From positions 1-24,983 of the IMG/VR virus record IMGVR_UViG_3300049021_000016: a DNA stretch of 24,983 bases; one strand, given 5' to 3'. The translations under genes were made by a program, and so were the position numbers. A model generated the notes under the pieces. It made no database searches. It saw nothing but the letters and a program-made list of their open reading frames with translations, and was not told the origin of the DNA. This stretch comes from a virus. Taxonomy: Duplodnaviria > Caudoviricetes. This document shows, in pieces, positions 24,647 to 24,983 of this stretch; the first letter of the stretch is position 1; every line of letters starts with the position of its first letter.

Positions 24647-24983
24647 CACGCCTCTCCCACAAATTGCGCCAACACGGCGCGTATCTCGGTATCCAGCAGC
24701 GTTTGCACCGCCGCCAGGCTCGTCTCTGCTGCCAGCACTGGAGCAAGCCGCGCAGGGATGTTCAGCAGTCCATCACGCACCGCGCCAGCCTGCTTGGCGA
24801 ACTCGGCCCGGACCTCCGCCTTCTCGATGAGCTCGCCGCGCATCACAGCAACCGCCATCTCCGCCTTGTCAGCCTCCGCCGCCTCACGCCGAGCCCGCGA
24901 CTCCGAATAGTCCGGCACCTCCGCGCCCTCTTCCGGCGCCACAGACTTCACCCGCTTCCGCACGTTGTTCCGCATCCACTCCC
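24646..24983 (-). CDS. terS: Terminase small subunit, Nu1-like (5' end probably outside the window)
   Basis: YSESRARREAAEADKAEM...RGELIEKAEV...VRDGLLNIPARLAPVLAAE is the Nu1-family C-terminal pattern. The frame is open to the window edge. Confidence 0.88.
   Translation of the reverse strand, partial: EWMRNNVRKRVKSVAPEEGAEVPDYSESRARREAAEADKAEMAVAVMRGELIEKAEVRAEFAKQAGAVRDGLLNIPARLAPVLAAETSLAAVQTLLDTEIRAVLAQFVGEA

Larger units (their letters stand above)
1..24983 (-). mobile_element. Lambda-like siphophage/prophage packaging, head and tail region (both ends lie outside the window)
   Basis: Co-oriented terS, terL, gpW-like, portal, protease-capsid, neck, tail tube, chaperone, tape measure and Dit-like genes, most coupled by TGATG/ATGA overlaps. 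No integrase, att site or host flank is visible, so free phage versus prophage cannot be decided. Confidence 0.93.

Noticed and set aside
1-24983. Gene transfer agent interpretation
   Set aside because: The gpA/Nu1 terminase, lambda-type portal and nin-like accessory genes fit a temperate phage, and the gene set does not match the RcGTA cluster.

Overview
The whole window is part of a GC-rich, lambda-like siphophage or prophage morphogenesis region read on the minus strand. The host is probably a Betaproteobacterium (inference from GC content and the PEP-CTERM family). Gene order in transcription direction: terS (partial), a 56-aa Cys-rich ORF missing from the ORF track, gpA-type terL, eight small coupled genes (including NinX/DUF2591-like and a Mor/C-family activator), a ~10 kb accessory cassette, gpW-like head-tail protein, lambda-type portal, fused HK97 protease-major capsid, head/neck proteins, a tail terminator with an apparent 1-nt frameshift, tail tube, tail chaperone with a -1 slippery site, a short tape measure, a distal-tail-like protein and a partial fibre-like gene. 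The most unusual feature is the cassette (9783-19903), which sits between terL and gpW/portal and is bracketed by an exact 31-bp direct repeat with CTGACA-N16-TGTCAG dyad symmetry. Each repeat copy has promoter geometry (TTAATT-17 nt-xACxAT). The cassette encodes a repeat-rich fibre, a 1052-aa lyase/propeller-like protein with a lower-GC core, a lectin-like protein, an Ig+SwmB protein, a secreted DUF1996 protein and an opposite-strand PEP-CTERM gene with its own sigma-54-like promoter. All family calls come from motif recognition by eye, not database searches.
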